From Phaeosaccion multiseriatum (lineage: Eukaryota; Protista; Ochrophyta, other classes), in assembly GCA_965112735.1 (NCBI GenBank), contig OZ218960.1, forward strand, positions 2,604,001 through 2,668,000: a stretch of DNA of 64,000 bases. Direction: 5' to 3'. Positions 1 through 12,088 of this stretch are shown here, in pieces; within the stretch, counting starts at the first letter, position 1; every line of letters starts with the position of its first letter. The notes beneath the pieces were generated by a model. That model was not told the origin of the DNA. It saw only the letters and a list, made by a program, of their open reading frames with translations, and did not search any database. The position numbers were made by a program, and so were the translations under genes.

Positions 1-307
1 GAGAGAGAGAGAGGGAGAGAGGGAGAGAGAGAGAGCGAGGGACAGATCTCCAGTGAATGAGTGCACAGGCTTACGTGGTGCCTCCCACAGCGCACGCATC
101 CGCAGTACCCTGCAAATAGAGAGCCCAACAGACCCAACCCAACACACTTAGCCCCCCCCCCCACCCCATCCACCCCATCCGCCCCCTCCCCAACGAGTCG
201 TTCTCCGAGGATGCGCTCTGCTACTCTTGGAGCTTGGCATGGTGTCACCCCACCCACCCACCCCTGCCCCCTCCACTCGCTCACTCCCCCACCCTCCACC
301 TGCTGAC

Positions 308-1197
308 CTGATCGCCATCCTTGCCGCCCTTGGCATCTGTGCTGGAGGAGGCGACCTTCTGTTCCTCCGAGGTCTTGACGGCAATCTTTTCCACCGCCCC
401 TGCCCTCTTCTCATGGTAATCTCCAAAGCCGTCTAGCGTCTTCGTTAGGCCATCCGCCTGCCCGCAGAGACGAGGAAGACGACAGAAGAACAAACACACA
501 AAGGCCATACGTTTGTGCGTTGTGTTACACCCACAGCTGGTCAAGAGTGGGGATTCAGTTCTGTGGACCTCCCCTCCCCTCTACTCTCCTCTACTCCGCA
601 CCGCACACACCTGCTCCTTGAGTGCCTTGAGGGTGTCAAGCTGCACGCCGACTCCGAAGTTTCCCCCGTCCTCTATAGGTGGTACGAGCACTGTTTGTGG
701 TGTGAGAGGGGGGACCGAGGGCGAGGCAGGCACGCACGCAGGCAGGCAGGCAGGCAGAGCGAAGCGGGTAGAGAATGCTTGGGTGAGTGACCTCCCTACC
801 CTACCCTACCCTACTCAGGGCTGTCTTGGCCCTTCGACGGGTGACCACACTGGGATGGCCATGCACACAGGGCAGCCCCCCTCGCCTCTGCCCTCCCACA
901 CAGTAAAACACTGGTTGTGTACTCACTCATGATCCACCCAATGAGCGCTTGTAGCTTGCTCACTCCGGCCAGTACGCAGCTCTGCACCTCCACCTTGAGC
1001 TCCTTGAGGTCGGCATTGGCAGCAGGGGGCGCCAGGGCCTGCAGGTATTGGTTCTCAAGCTCTCCGAGATGATAGGCCTCCTCTGCCGCGTGAAACTTGC
1101 CTCCCTTGAGCAAGTCGTTGATCTTGCCGATCAAGGGCACGATGGTCTTAGTCGCGTCCTCTCCCTCCGACACGGCGATTGCCTTAAGTTGGTCCAT
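308..1197 (-). CDS. PSME3: Proteasome activator PA28/11S REG subunit (PSME3-like); 3' end lies beyond the left edge of the window
   Basis: Exons 1197-927, 690-611, 457-308, all GT-AG and in phase. The spliced product contains the PA28 activation-loop signature WIMMLVPPIEDGGNFGVGVQ (cf. LIPRIEDGNNFGVSIQ), then helix-3-like GDYHEKRAGAVEKIA. No stop before position 1. Confidence 0.88.
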
Positions 1198-1467
1198 GAC
1201 TATGATGTTTGCTGTTTATGTGATCTTTATGTTCTCCGGAACACCATCAACGGACCATCGTCGCCATTTGATGAGACTGGATGCTGTGTTGGGGAAGCGG
1301 GATCGAAGCAGCCAGCCGCGGGACTATCTCTTGCTTCCTTTCCATCGCGCATGTTGCTTTCGCCAATGTGACCCGCCAACGACATAGCAATCATGCAGTA
1401 GTTCTCTGTACGCCGGTCTTGCCCAGAAGGAAGGCCACCGAACCACTGTGTAGGGGAGGAGGTGGAG

Positions 1468-3307
1468 ATGAAGAAGAGCCAGCGCTCCATCTTGCTTCCC
1501 CCATTCCGCTATGGCCAGGTGAGAGAGTGCGAGAGAAGGGTGTGGAATCGAGGCTGGGGCTTTTCGTGGAGCTAGGTGCCGTATCCACGAAGAGGACGCT
1601 TGCAGGCCACAGCCTCAGACTCAGTCTGCCCTTGCCAATCCCCCCGCCCCCCCCCCCATGTACTGCTCGCAACTGCTGCTGCTGCTGCTTGGCTGCTCCT
1701 GCTCGCCCAGATGGAGGAGGGCCTGTTCCGAGGGGCTCACCCCACGCTCAAGACCTTTCGCTTCCTGACGCGGCTCCAGCTGCGCACCATTATCAGCATC
1801 ACACCCGAGGCCCCCATCGCAGACCTCGAGGCCTTTTGCAAGGATGAGGGCATCCGGCTGGAGCACTTCCTCGCTCCTAGATACAAGGGCGAGGATATCA
1901 CCCTCACCCACGCGCAGGCAAGATAAAAAAGGATGCATGCTTTCTTATTTGGACGCAAGCCTTCGTCGAAACACCTTCCCTCTCTCTGTCTCGAAACAAA
2001 CAACGCACCACGCACGGGGCGAGTGCACAGGGGCGCCTGGCGACGGATCTTGGCAGCTTTCGAAGACACAACACACTCCTTTTGTCGCTCATCGCACCTT
2101 CCCGTCCCTCCCCACGCTCCTCCTTCCCCCTCCCCCCCCCCCCTGGTCCCTCCCTCCACAGGTAGCCCGGATGGTGAGTCTAGTGATCGACTCCACCAAG
2201 CTCCCGTGCCTCATACACTGTCTTGACGGTTACGTGCTCACGAGTGTCGTGTTGCTGTGCCTTAGGAAGCTGCAGTGCTGGTCCTCGCAAGCCGCGGTAC
2301 GTAAAAAAAATCCTCCCATCCCCCACCTCTCACCTCTCACCGCATTTCTCGAGGATGACACTCTAAAGACTCGACTTTCTTCCTCGCGCATATGTATCCC
2401 TAAGGTACCCTGCTTGATTTGGTGCCTGTGGACCTCTCTTGCCACCACCACCACCCCTCCCACCCTCCTCCTCCTCCTCCTCCTCCTCCTCCTCCTCCTC
2501 CTCCTCCTCCTCCTCCTCCTCCTCCTCCTCCTCCTCCTCCTCCTCCTCCTCCTCCTCCTCCTCCTCCTCCTCCTCCTCCTTCTCCTCCTCCGCCGCCGCC
2601 GCCCCCACCGCCTTCCGAAGATTGGACTACGCTGCTCCCATCTCCACTAACTCCACCTCTTTCGCTTCTCCTCCATTGGCCCTACATCTTTCATGTCGTC
2701 CTCTCCCCATAGGCTGCGGAGTTTTGCCGCTATTGTCACGTATCCACTCTGCCCAAAACCGTCGACCGTTTCGTGATTGAGTTTGGGAGTCTTGAGAAGC
2801 ATGGAGGGGACGGAGGGGCGAGCGGAGAAGGGAAAGGAGAAGAAGTAGCGGGAAAGGGAGAAGCAGGAGAAAGAGGGGAAGGGGGGAAAGGAGATGGGTC
2901 AGCCGAAGAAGGCGAAGGAGTGGGAGTGGGAGGGGGAGGAGGAGGAGGAGAAGGAGGAGGAGGAGGAGGAGGAGGAGGAGGAGGAGGAGGAGGAGGAGGA
3001 GGAGGAGGAGGAGGAGGAGCAGGAGGAGGAGGGGGTTCAGGTGGAGGGAGAGAGGGAGGAGCAGAAGGAGAAGGAGGCGGAGGGGGGGAGGCAGGGGTGC
3101 CAGACGCGACGGCTGCTGCACCAGAAAACACGGCATCTAGTACGGCAGCAAAGGGGAGGGTGGTCATCCCGGCAAACATTCCGTGGTGGTTGTGGGGGGG
3201 GCGGCGGCAGCATACCCACCCGTCTATGAAGCTTACGTACGAGCCCCCCCTGACGCAACCGGTGTTGTCCAGCGAGAAGATTGGCCTAATGGTGAGGGCG
3301 GTGGAGG

Positions 3308-3389
<82 letters not shown>

Positions 3390-3699
3390 ATGTGTGTGTG
3401 CGTGTGTGTGCGTGAGTGTGTGTGCGAGTGTGTGTATGTGCGTGTGTGCGTGAGGGAGAGAAGAGGAAAGAGGGAGAAAAGGGGGGGGGGGGGGGGGGCA
3501 GGTTTGTGTGGGGGGAGAGAGAGAAGAGATGGAGAGGGACATAAAGAGAGAGGGAGAGAGGGGGGGGAAGTCGGGCAGAGAGGGAGGGAGAGATATATAA
3601 GACGTGGACATGTCTGGAGAGATGTCGAGAAGGAGGAGAGAAGAGGATATGGAGATGCAGGAGACAGGGAGGGGAAATTGTAGAGACATGTGGAGAGAG

Positions 3700-3761
<62 letters not shown>

Positions 3762-3800
3762 CAGAGAGAGAGTGAGAGACAGAGAGAGAGAGGGACAGAC

Positions 3801-3832
<32 letters not shown>

Positions 3833-5284
3833 GCAGACAGACAGACAGACAGACAGAGAGACAGACAGACAGAGACAGAGAGAGAGAGAGAGACAGAGAG
3901 ACAATGGAAGGAGAAAGCGTCACTATACCGGTGCGGTCTCATTCTTGCGAGGGAGGGATCGAGTCCAAAAACCTTAATAGTGTAGAAGGGGCTACCGTAC
4001 GTTTGCGATGAAGAAGAATGAGATAGAAAGAGACAACGCAAGGGATACGAAATGTCAGGCTCGATATCTTAAGTCGACGTCGACTTGCTTGTGGACTGGC
4101 TGCCGTGTCATTCCCTCCCAATTCACCCTAACCAGGCCCGCCAACCCCCTCCTGCCCCCCACCTTGTCACTGTGTGTCGTATTTCTGTAACTGTTTTGTC
4201 CTTTTTCTTCCCGCTTACGTTGTGCTCTTGAACGCTCTTACAGGCACTACGCGATGAGCTGAGTCTCAAAGTTGAAATCGCTCGGGCGGACAGCTTGCGG
4301 AAAAGGGGGGTGCAGGCGGGCGGCAGTGGAAGGGCTGGGGCTGGAAAGGGGGGGGCGAATACCCCGGCCGCAGGAGGAGGAGGAGGAGGAGGAGGAGGAG
4401 GAGGAGGAGGAGGAGGGGGGGGCGGAGGAGGAGGAGGAGGAGGAGGAGGAGGAGGAGGAGGAGGAGGAGGAGGAGGAGGGGCGGCAGCAGCAGTAGTAGC
4501 AGCAGCAGCGGCAGGAGCAGCAGCAGCAGCAGCGGCAGCGGCAGCTGCAGCAGCAGCAGGAGGAGGAGGAGGAGGAGGAGGAGGAGGAGGGGGGAGGGGG
4601 AAAAGGAGGAGGTGTAGCAGCCGCATCAGCAGTAGGAGGAGAAGGAGGAGGAACAATAGGAGGCGGTGGAGGCGAAGGTGGTCTAGGAGGAGAAGGAGAA
4701 AGAGGAGGAGAAGGAGGAGAAGAAGAAGGAGGAGGCGGAGGAGGAAGAGGAGGAGGAGGCGGAGGAGGAAGAGGAGGAGGAGGCGGAGGAGGAGGAGGAG
4801 GAGGAGGAGGAGGAGGAGGAGGAGGAGGAGGAGGAGGAGGAGGAGGAAGGGGAAGAGAAGGCGAAGGAGGCCCAAGTACCAGAAGGAAATCTCCCACCCC
4901 CACGGTAAGGTGGCATCAGCAGTTGGTGATACAGCATCAGCACTCGTGTACACGTCTTCCTTCCAACCGCTCCTGCTGTGCCTTTCTGCCCCCCCTGCCC
5001 CGCCCCGCTCCGGGCCGGTCCTCTCTAGTCTCCTCACTCACCTGCGCGTCCACCTTCACGCGTTCCGTGTCCTTCCCTCCGTAACAAATGGCGACTGACT
5101 GCCGTAGCAGGAGAGGGGGCGGCAATCGCAGTCGCCGCGTCCACAGCCGAGTGCAGGTCGCTCCACGCCCGAGCCATCGAAGATGAAGGTACGTAAGGAT
5201 ACGTAAGGCACAGGCATAACGCATTAGGCGCCCGGCGGGTTGGTTCACCTGGCTTTACTTTACTTTGTGCTGCCGATAATGTCT

Positions 5285-5326
<42 letters not shown>

Positions 5327-6471
5327 AGCATTTGCTTACATGAGTCGCTGCAGAACATGTCGGGGAAGAGTGGTACAGCAGTAGAGCAGTTGGTCCCTCG
5401 CTAAGCCCCGCCTCTCCCGGCCGCATGCTCTGCCTCGCCTCCCCTGCTGCTGTGCATGTGCATGCGTACGCGCGTGCGTGTGTGCGTCACGGCCGTCCTC
5501 CCCCTCCCCTCGCTGTTGACCGCCTGAGCAGAGGGGAAGCGATGCCCGACTTGGGGCCGCAGGGAACGGACAGTCCAAGACTCTGCAGGTGCGTTGCGTC
5601 GCCAGTCCCGTGCGTACGTGCGTGCGTGCGTGCGTTTGAGTGCCAGTCCTTCGACGAGCACATAGAAACACACGAGCAACCACACAAGCACAATGCCTTC
5701 TTCCTCACTACTGTAACACTTCTCTTTCTCCCTTTATCTCTCTCTCTCTCCTTCGTTGTACATTGCCCTCACATCTTGTCTCCCTTCCCTCTGTCCCATT
5801 GCCATCTTCTCTCTCCTTCTTTTCTCTCTCCCTCTCCCTCTCTCTCTTTGTCTCTTTCTCCTTACGTATCTTCCTCTCCCTCTCTCTCTGTATCTCTCTC
5901 TCCTTCGTACGTATCTCCCTCTCCCTCTCTCTGTGTGTGTCTCTCTCTCCTTCTTACTTCTCTCCCTCTCCCTCTCTCTCTCTGTGCTCTCTCTCCCTCT
6001 CCCTCCCTCTCTCTCTCTCTGTGGTCTCTCTCCCTCTCCCTCCCTCTCTCTCTCTCTCTCTCTGTGGTCTCTCTCCCTCTCCCTCTCCCTCTCCCCGTGT
6101 GCTGTTGTATGTATGTCTGTCTGTCTGTCTGTCTGTGGTGTGTGTTCCAGGCCTTGTCATTGGAGGGTCTCGACGTGCGGCACGAGCCGCCCTTCTACAA
6201 CTACCTCGGGTACTCACACGCACTCACACACGCACCCACACACGCACCCACACACGCGCACGAACACGCTAAGCCCCCCGCTATCGCGGCTCGGCCTCCC
6301 GCTCCACCTCCCGCTCCACCTAGGTCCACCAGCGTTCGCCGTGGATCGCAGGTGGGAGGGGCAGGCGGGAGAGGAGGAAGAGCAGAAGGAAGAGCATCAG
6401 CAGCAGTTGGTGATACAGGAGAAGGAGGGCGAGCAGATCCGGCCGGTGCCATCGGTGACGAGGGAACATGA
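1468..6471 (+). CDS. OCA6/SIW14-family (Y_phosphatase2) tyrosine-phosphatase-like protein, probably catalytically inactive
   Basis: Exons 1468-1518, 1711-1917 (GC donor), 2162-2296, 2713-3291, 4244-4904, ~5108-5188, 5532-5588, 6151-6471. Motifs [58 protein letters not shown] and C-terminal SKTLQ|ALSLEGL match OCA6-like proteins. The model needs a 1-nt frame change near the G-runs at ~4590-4600. Confidence 0.8.
2466..2600 (+). repeat. (CCT)n microsatellite, intronic
   Basis: Near-pure CCT run within an intron of the OCA6-like gene. Confidence 0.95.
3310..3900 (+). repeat. Compound (GT)n / (GA)n / (GACA)n microsatellite, intronic
   Basis: Directly visible. Similar tracts fill most introns in the window. 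Confidence 0.95.
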
Positions 6472-6946
6472 GCAACAAACAGCAAGAGAAGCAAACAGAT
6501 TCCCTCATACCTTCTTTGCTCGCAAAGCAAGCAAGGCAAGCAAGGCACGGAAGGAAGGAAGGAAGGAAGGAAGGATAGATTGATCAGCGCACACATTCTT
6601 TCCCTCTCGTGCTTTGCTGGGGAATGATCAGTCCCGTCTTGTTGGCTGCAACAATCCCCTTGCTGGAACGATGCCCTTACTGGAATTGCTGGAACGATAA
6701 ATCCATCCCCTTGGCTGGAACGAACAATCCCTCGGACTGATGAACATGAACCCTTTGATGGAGAGCGTGTTCGTGCAATGCCATCTGCCATCAGTGGGTG
6801 GCCTGCTGGACGAGACAAAGTAAGCATGTGCGATCGATAGATCGACTTCCCTTCAGCCTCTCCCCGAGGCCCCCCCATCCTCCCCATAGGCCAACAGTTA
6901 GGAGGCCTTCCAATGGGAGCATGGCGAAGAGCATAACTCTGGGGCC

Positions 6947-7030
6947 AAAAGGAGACCTCTGCTTTAGAGCTTTAATGTGAGGATATTTCTAAAAGGAGAC
7001 CTGCTTTTGCTTTAGTGTGAGGATATTTCT
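6947..7030 (+). repeat. Imperfect ~44-bp tandem duplication, intergenic
   Basis: AAAAGGAGACCT...GCTTTARTGTGAGGATATTTCT occurs twice. It is followed by an 11-bp CA(A/C)GCAAC(A/G)G(T/G) repeat at ~7077-7128. Confidence 0.8.
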
Positions 7031-8158
7031 GGTAATGAGTACGTTCTCTAAACCCCCCTTGGTTGAGAGACGCACTCAAGCAACGGTCAAGCAACAGTCA
7101 CGCAACAGTCAAGCAACAGGCACGCAAGAGCCGCAGGGCAGAGAGCTGCCGAGAGGGCGGGCATGTGGTTGGTTGGTTGGTTGGTTGGATGGTTGGTTGG
7201 TTGGTTGGTTGGTTGATTGGTTGGTTGGTTGGTTGGCCGTTCTACAGATGGGGGGGGGGTAGGTTCTATCCCGCTTAAACACTCGCAAGAAGTAGAGGTA
7301 GAGGGGCTGGTGGTATCGCATCCCACGGTAGGTAGGCCTATTTTGCTATTTTGTACTTTCCTTGTTGAGGATGATGCCGGTTCTCCGTCGCTGGATGTAG
7401 ATGACGCGAAGGAGAGGGAGGCAGATAGAGGTGGTGTGTGTACAAAGTATGTATGCGTCAGTCAGCAGTCGTACAAGACTGGCAAGGATGGATGTTGAAT
7501 GTCCTATTCTGTGTTCTTCTCTTTTGTGTTCCTTGTCCCCGAGGGGGGAAGATAAGCGTGGCATGATCGACTGCAAGTTGCAGGCCATGTCATCACAGTG
7601 TGGTCGCAGAAGGCGCGCCCACAGAACATGAGTCTAATGTACGACACTCTCACCCATACGAATACCTGTGTAGGGTCATTCTGTGGTTCTGGCTTGGTTC
7701 TTCCAACGTTCCTCCTTGAATCAAGCCCTAAAGAAGAGCGAAAGGTAGGAGTCAAGGCGACCAAACGGGCGCCACACACGTCAGCCGACGCGTGACATGA
7801 CTATCACGGCACACATGGCCAACGCAGGTGGCGATAAGGAACTCACCAAAAGCACTTCAGCAAGCAAGCAAGCAAGCAAGCAACCTGGGCGCTGCTGTTG
7901 TTTACCTTTTCGCTTTTCTTCGGCGACCGTCGTCAATAATGACTGAGGCAAGCGCCACCCACACACACACAGGGAGAGACAGACAGTGTGGAGACCGTGA
8001 AAGAACAAGAACCGTACAGTTTAAGTTAAAGGCCGCCGTGTTGTCGTGTTGTGCATCCAAATTAATGGATCCGTCTCCTGACCTCGATGCTGTTGCGGCA
8101 GGGCAGCGTCGTGCCGCTGGGGGACAGACAACAAACAACAAAACATGCACATCACATC

Positions 8159-10896
8159 TCACCACGCTTCAGCCGCGACACCCTGCGGGTGGGGAGAAAC
8201 ACCAATCGCTCGCTCTTCCCCCTCCTCCTCCCCCTCCTCCTCCTCCCCCTCCTCCTCCTCTTGCTGCTGCTGCTGCTGCTGATGCTGCTGCTGGTCCTTG
8301 GCGACTTTCCACTGCCGAGAGAGCTCCCGCATGACGCTTTGGTGACTGGAGCCCTCAACCAGGCTCGCCTTGACCTGCGCAAAGTGGTGCTTCACGAAGA
8401 GGCTGAAAGCGGTGGGGGCACGCTTTTGCTTGACATTGCCGTCTCTGTCGAACCTGTGTTTGTAGAGCAGTTGGCGGTACAGAGCCAGTTGTTGATACAG
8501 AGCAGTTGTGGGAATAGAGCAGTTGGCATACTGTGGGCAGAGCAGAGCAGTTGGTGATACAGACCTTCTTTCTCACCTGCCCAGGAACACGAGATTGCTC
8601 TTGCACCTCGCACACCGCATCCTGTCCAGATCTAGTGATTCGCTGTGTCTGCCAATTGTGACTTTGCAGCCCAAGCCGCTGCAGCCGTAGCGGTACTCGT
8701 GGTGGATCTCATACCTATGTATGTGTGTTGGTGATACAGCAACAGTTGGGGATGGATAGTAGTTGGCGATACAGCAGTTGGAAAGAGAGGCCCACGAGTG
8801 TTTGAGTGTGTGTGTGTGCGTGCGTGGGACAGAAAGAGACAGAGGAGAGAGCCAAAAGAGGAAATGTGCCTTCAAGCTTGGCCAGCAGAGAGACTTCCCC
8901 TCCCTCCCTCCCTCCCTCCCTCCTTCCCTCCCCTCCGTCCCTCCGTCCCTCCGTCCCTCCCTCCTTCCCTCCCCTCCGTCCCTCCGTCCCTCCGTCCCTC
9001 CGTCCCTCCGTCCCTCCGTCCCTCCGTCCCTCCGTCCCTCCCTCCCTCCCTCCCTCCCTCCCTCCCTCCCTCCCTCCCTCCCTCCCTCCCTACCTACCTA
9101 CCTACCTACCTACCTACCTACCCTCCGTCCCTCCGTCCCTCCGTCCCTCCCTCCCTCCCTCCCTACCCTCCTCACTCACTCACTACTCACGTGTGACAAG
9201 TCGTGACGGGAATGTGCGGCAACAGCTTCATCGCGCGATTGGCCCACGCCCAGAACGCAGGCCCGTGTGGAGGCTTTGCATTGTGATCCCTGACCCAAGC
9301 GGCCGCGTGGCACATCTCATGCAGCAGTGTCTCTCGCAGCTTCCCCTCGCTGTCAATCACCCTCTTTGACAGCTCTACCTCTGCCCGGTAGCCCCACCCC
9401 CTCCCATCACCATCACCATCACCATCACCATCACTTCCCCCTCCACTCTTGTCGTGGTCCGCCTTACCCCCTTCCCTCTGTGCCGGTCGAGAGGGGCGAG
9501 TGCGTCTACAAATGGCTTGTCCGGCTGTCTTGAGCAGTCGACTGTTCCATTTGAGAGTGACTCCAGCCGCACTGAGTTGGTTGCTGAACACCTGATTGTT
9601 GTTGTTGTTGCAGTGTGTGTGTGTGTGTGTGTGCATGTTTTGTGTTGGAGACGGGGCGGGGGAGCGTGCACACAAAGGGCGGGGTATCAGCAGCTGCTCT
9701 GAAAGAGAGAGGGAGAGAAAAGGAGAGAGAGGGGAAAGAGCGAGAGAGAGGGGGGGAGAGGGAGCAGGAGGGAGGGAGAGAGGCAGACAGAGGGCGGGGA
9801 GAGAGAGGAGAAGGGAACACAGCATACACCTACCTGGTCATCAAATTGTCGGAAGTAGGTCTTGGCCAAGGCCTCCCGCTGCCTCGTGAAGTCTGCGGCT
9901 GCCTTCTGAGGGGTCTGGGGCTGTGTGAGTACGAAGGGGCGCGCGGAAGAGTTTTTCAGAGAGAGAGAGTGTGTGTGAGAGAGAGAATGACACACAGCGT
10001 GTGAGAGAGGAAGAGAGGGGGGGGGGCGAGTGAGAGAGAGTGTGTGTGTATGTGTGCGTGTGTGAGAGAGGGAGAGAGTGAGATATCGAGAGATATCGAG
10101 AGAGAGAGAGAGGGAGAGGGCGGGAGAGAGAGGGGGTGGGAGAAAAGAGGAGGTGGGTGGCTTGAAGGAAGAGGGCCATGGGAGCCAACCGATAGCTTGG
10201 TAGCAGCGGAGGGAAGGGAAGGGAAGCCACAGCGGGATGGAGGCGGCGCCAAAACGGTTTTGCTTGGAGAGAACGAGGCACTCACCGCCCCCTCATTCTT
10301 CTTCGACCTTCTCTTCCCAGCAGTGCCACCAGCAGTGCCACCTGGCGTCTCTGCTGCTCCGCGTGGTGGTGGTGGTGGTGGTGGTGTGAGCTTTGCGCCC
10401 TGTCTTGGCTTAGGTTGGGGGGGTCGAGAGGCCCACTCAGTGGACCGCGAGGAAGGTGGTGGCCCTGGCGGCTGCAGAATGGGGGTCAGAGGCGAACGGG
10501 TCTTTCCCCTCTGGTCCTTCTTCCCCCCCTGCCCGTTACCTTCTCCCTCCGGCTCTTGCGAAGAAGCCCTCGGCGCGTACTTTCCCCCAAAGGAGGTGTC
10601 ACCACTGGGCCTGTCGTTCCTCCTCTCTCGATTGTCGCGGTCGTCGTTGCCGTCGTCTTCGTCAGAGGATGATGAGATGGATATGGCCGTGGGTGACCAG
10701 TCACCACCACTGTCCACTGGTGATGGTGGCACCTGATGTCTGCCGGAGGAGGCACCGGCTGGAGGAGCTGCTGCCTCACTACGATGAGGAGCAGGGGCAG
10801 AGGACGGCGGAATGAGAGGACCACACATGCTGTTCTCCACGCCTTGCCCTTCGCTGCCATGGCTTGGGAGGAGCTGGTTGTCTTTGCCGTCCCCGC

Positions 10897-10939
<43 letters not shown>

Positions 10940-11962
10940 GAAACAGACCCAGCCTCTGCGGCCTCTCACCGGCTTCGTGGCCAGCACGCCTGGTGACTGA
11001 GGCTGGGGTTGCAGGGGCTCCTCTTTCCTCCGCACCCACTTTCCCTCATCCTCCTCTCCCTCGCCGCCATCCTCTTCGCCTCCACTGTCCACCTCCACCA
11101 CACTGTGAGCGTCGGTTGACTCCCTCTCTGCAAAGGATCCATCGTCGTCATCCTCTTCCCCGCCACTTCCCACCCATTCCCCCTCCTCCTCTTCCTCGTA
11201 TTCCTTCTCCTCCCCCTCTTCCGCCTCGGTCCACTCTTCCTCCTCGTCGCTGCCAACAATAAAGTCGTCATCGTCATCTTTACGTTGGAAGCCCTCGTCC
11301 TCGCTATCGGAGAGATAGCTGCCCTCGCACTCCTGCTCGTCCCCCCCTTGCCCGCCGTTGAACGACCATTCCCCTTCACTGCTTTCGCCACCACCACTGC
11401 CACCATCTTGTCCACTGCCTTCGTCACCTTCCTCGGTGAAGCTGCAATGGCCCGATGCCGTTCCTGCGAGCGTCTGGGTGGCTCTTCCTCTGCCCAACGG
11501 GGTAGCTCTCCCCCTCGTCGGCACGCTGTCCTCCTCCTCCTCCTCTTCCTCCTCCTCCTCCTCCTCCTCCTCCTCCTCCTTCTCCTCCTTCTCCTCCTCC
11601 TCCTCCTCCTCCTCCTCCTCCTCCTCCTCCTCCTCCTCCTCCTCCTCCTCCTCCTCCTCCTCCTCCTCCTCCTCCTCCTCCTCCTCCTCCTTCTCCTCCT
11701 CCTCCTCCTCCTCCACCACCACCTCCTCCTCCTTCTCCACTTCCTCCACCTCCTCTTCCTCCTCCTCTGACCTGCCTTGCTGCTGCAGCTCCTGGTACCA
11801 AGACCGGACCTCGTTGGTATCACTGATCGATCGCCCAATGTTCCCGTGCACGTCTTGGCTGTGAGAAGCAGGGGCAATGTGAAGTTCCTCAACAGCGGCA
11901 CAGAGGTCAATCTCCTCCTCGCTCTGCCGTTGGAGCGGGGGACGTATATCTCTCCGAGGCAT
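8159..11962 (-). CDS. GCNA: GCNA/ACRC-like protein: acidic disordered N-terminus, SprT metalloprotease, Zn finger, HMG-box-like C-terminus
   Basis: Exons 11962-10286, 9920-9834, 9591-9191, 8714-8577, 8453-8159. SprT motifs WNSRLLKTAG, ELSKRVIDS, TLLHEMCHAAAW (HExxH), PPHGPAFWAWA, VTTCHTY. Zn finger YRYGCSGLGC...CARCK. HMG-like PTAFSLFVKHHF...VMRELSRQW. Confidence 0.9.
8896..9170 (+). repeat. (CCGTCCCT)n/(CCCT)n/(CCTA)n pyrimidine microsatellite in a GCNA intron
   Basis: Directly visible. Confidence 0.9.
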
Positions 11963-12088
11963 TCTCGTCTAATTTGTTTCCATGCAGCTGGAGATTCAAA
12001 ATCTCTCTGCCTGTTACTATAGGGCGCACAGATGGCACCAGAGGGCAGGTCCTTCAACAACTGTTGAAGAGAAAAAAAAAATTGAACG

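Noticed and set aside
4585-4605. Frame change in the OCA6-like gene as programmed frameshifting or pseudogenisation
   Set aside because: It falls in G homopolymers inside a GGA repeat, and downstream exons keep the conserved [10 protein letters not shown] motif. A 1-nt sequencing or assembly error is the simplest explanation; check with short reads.
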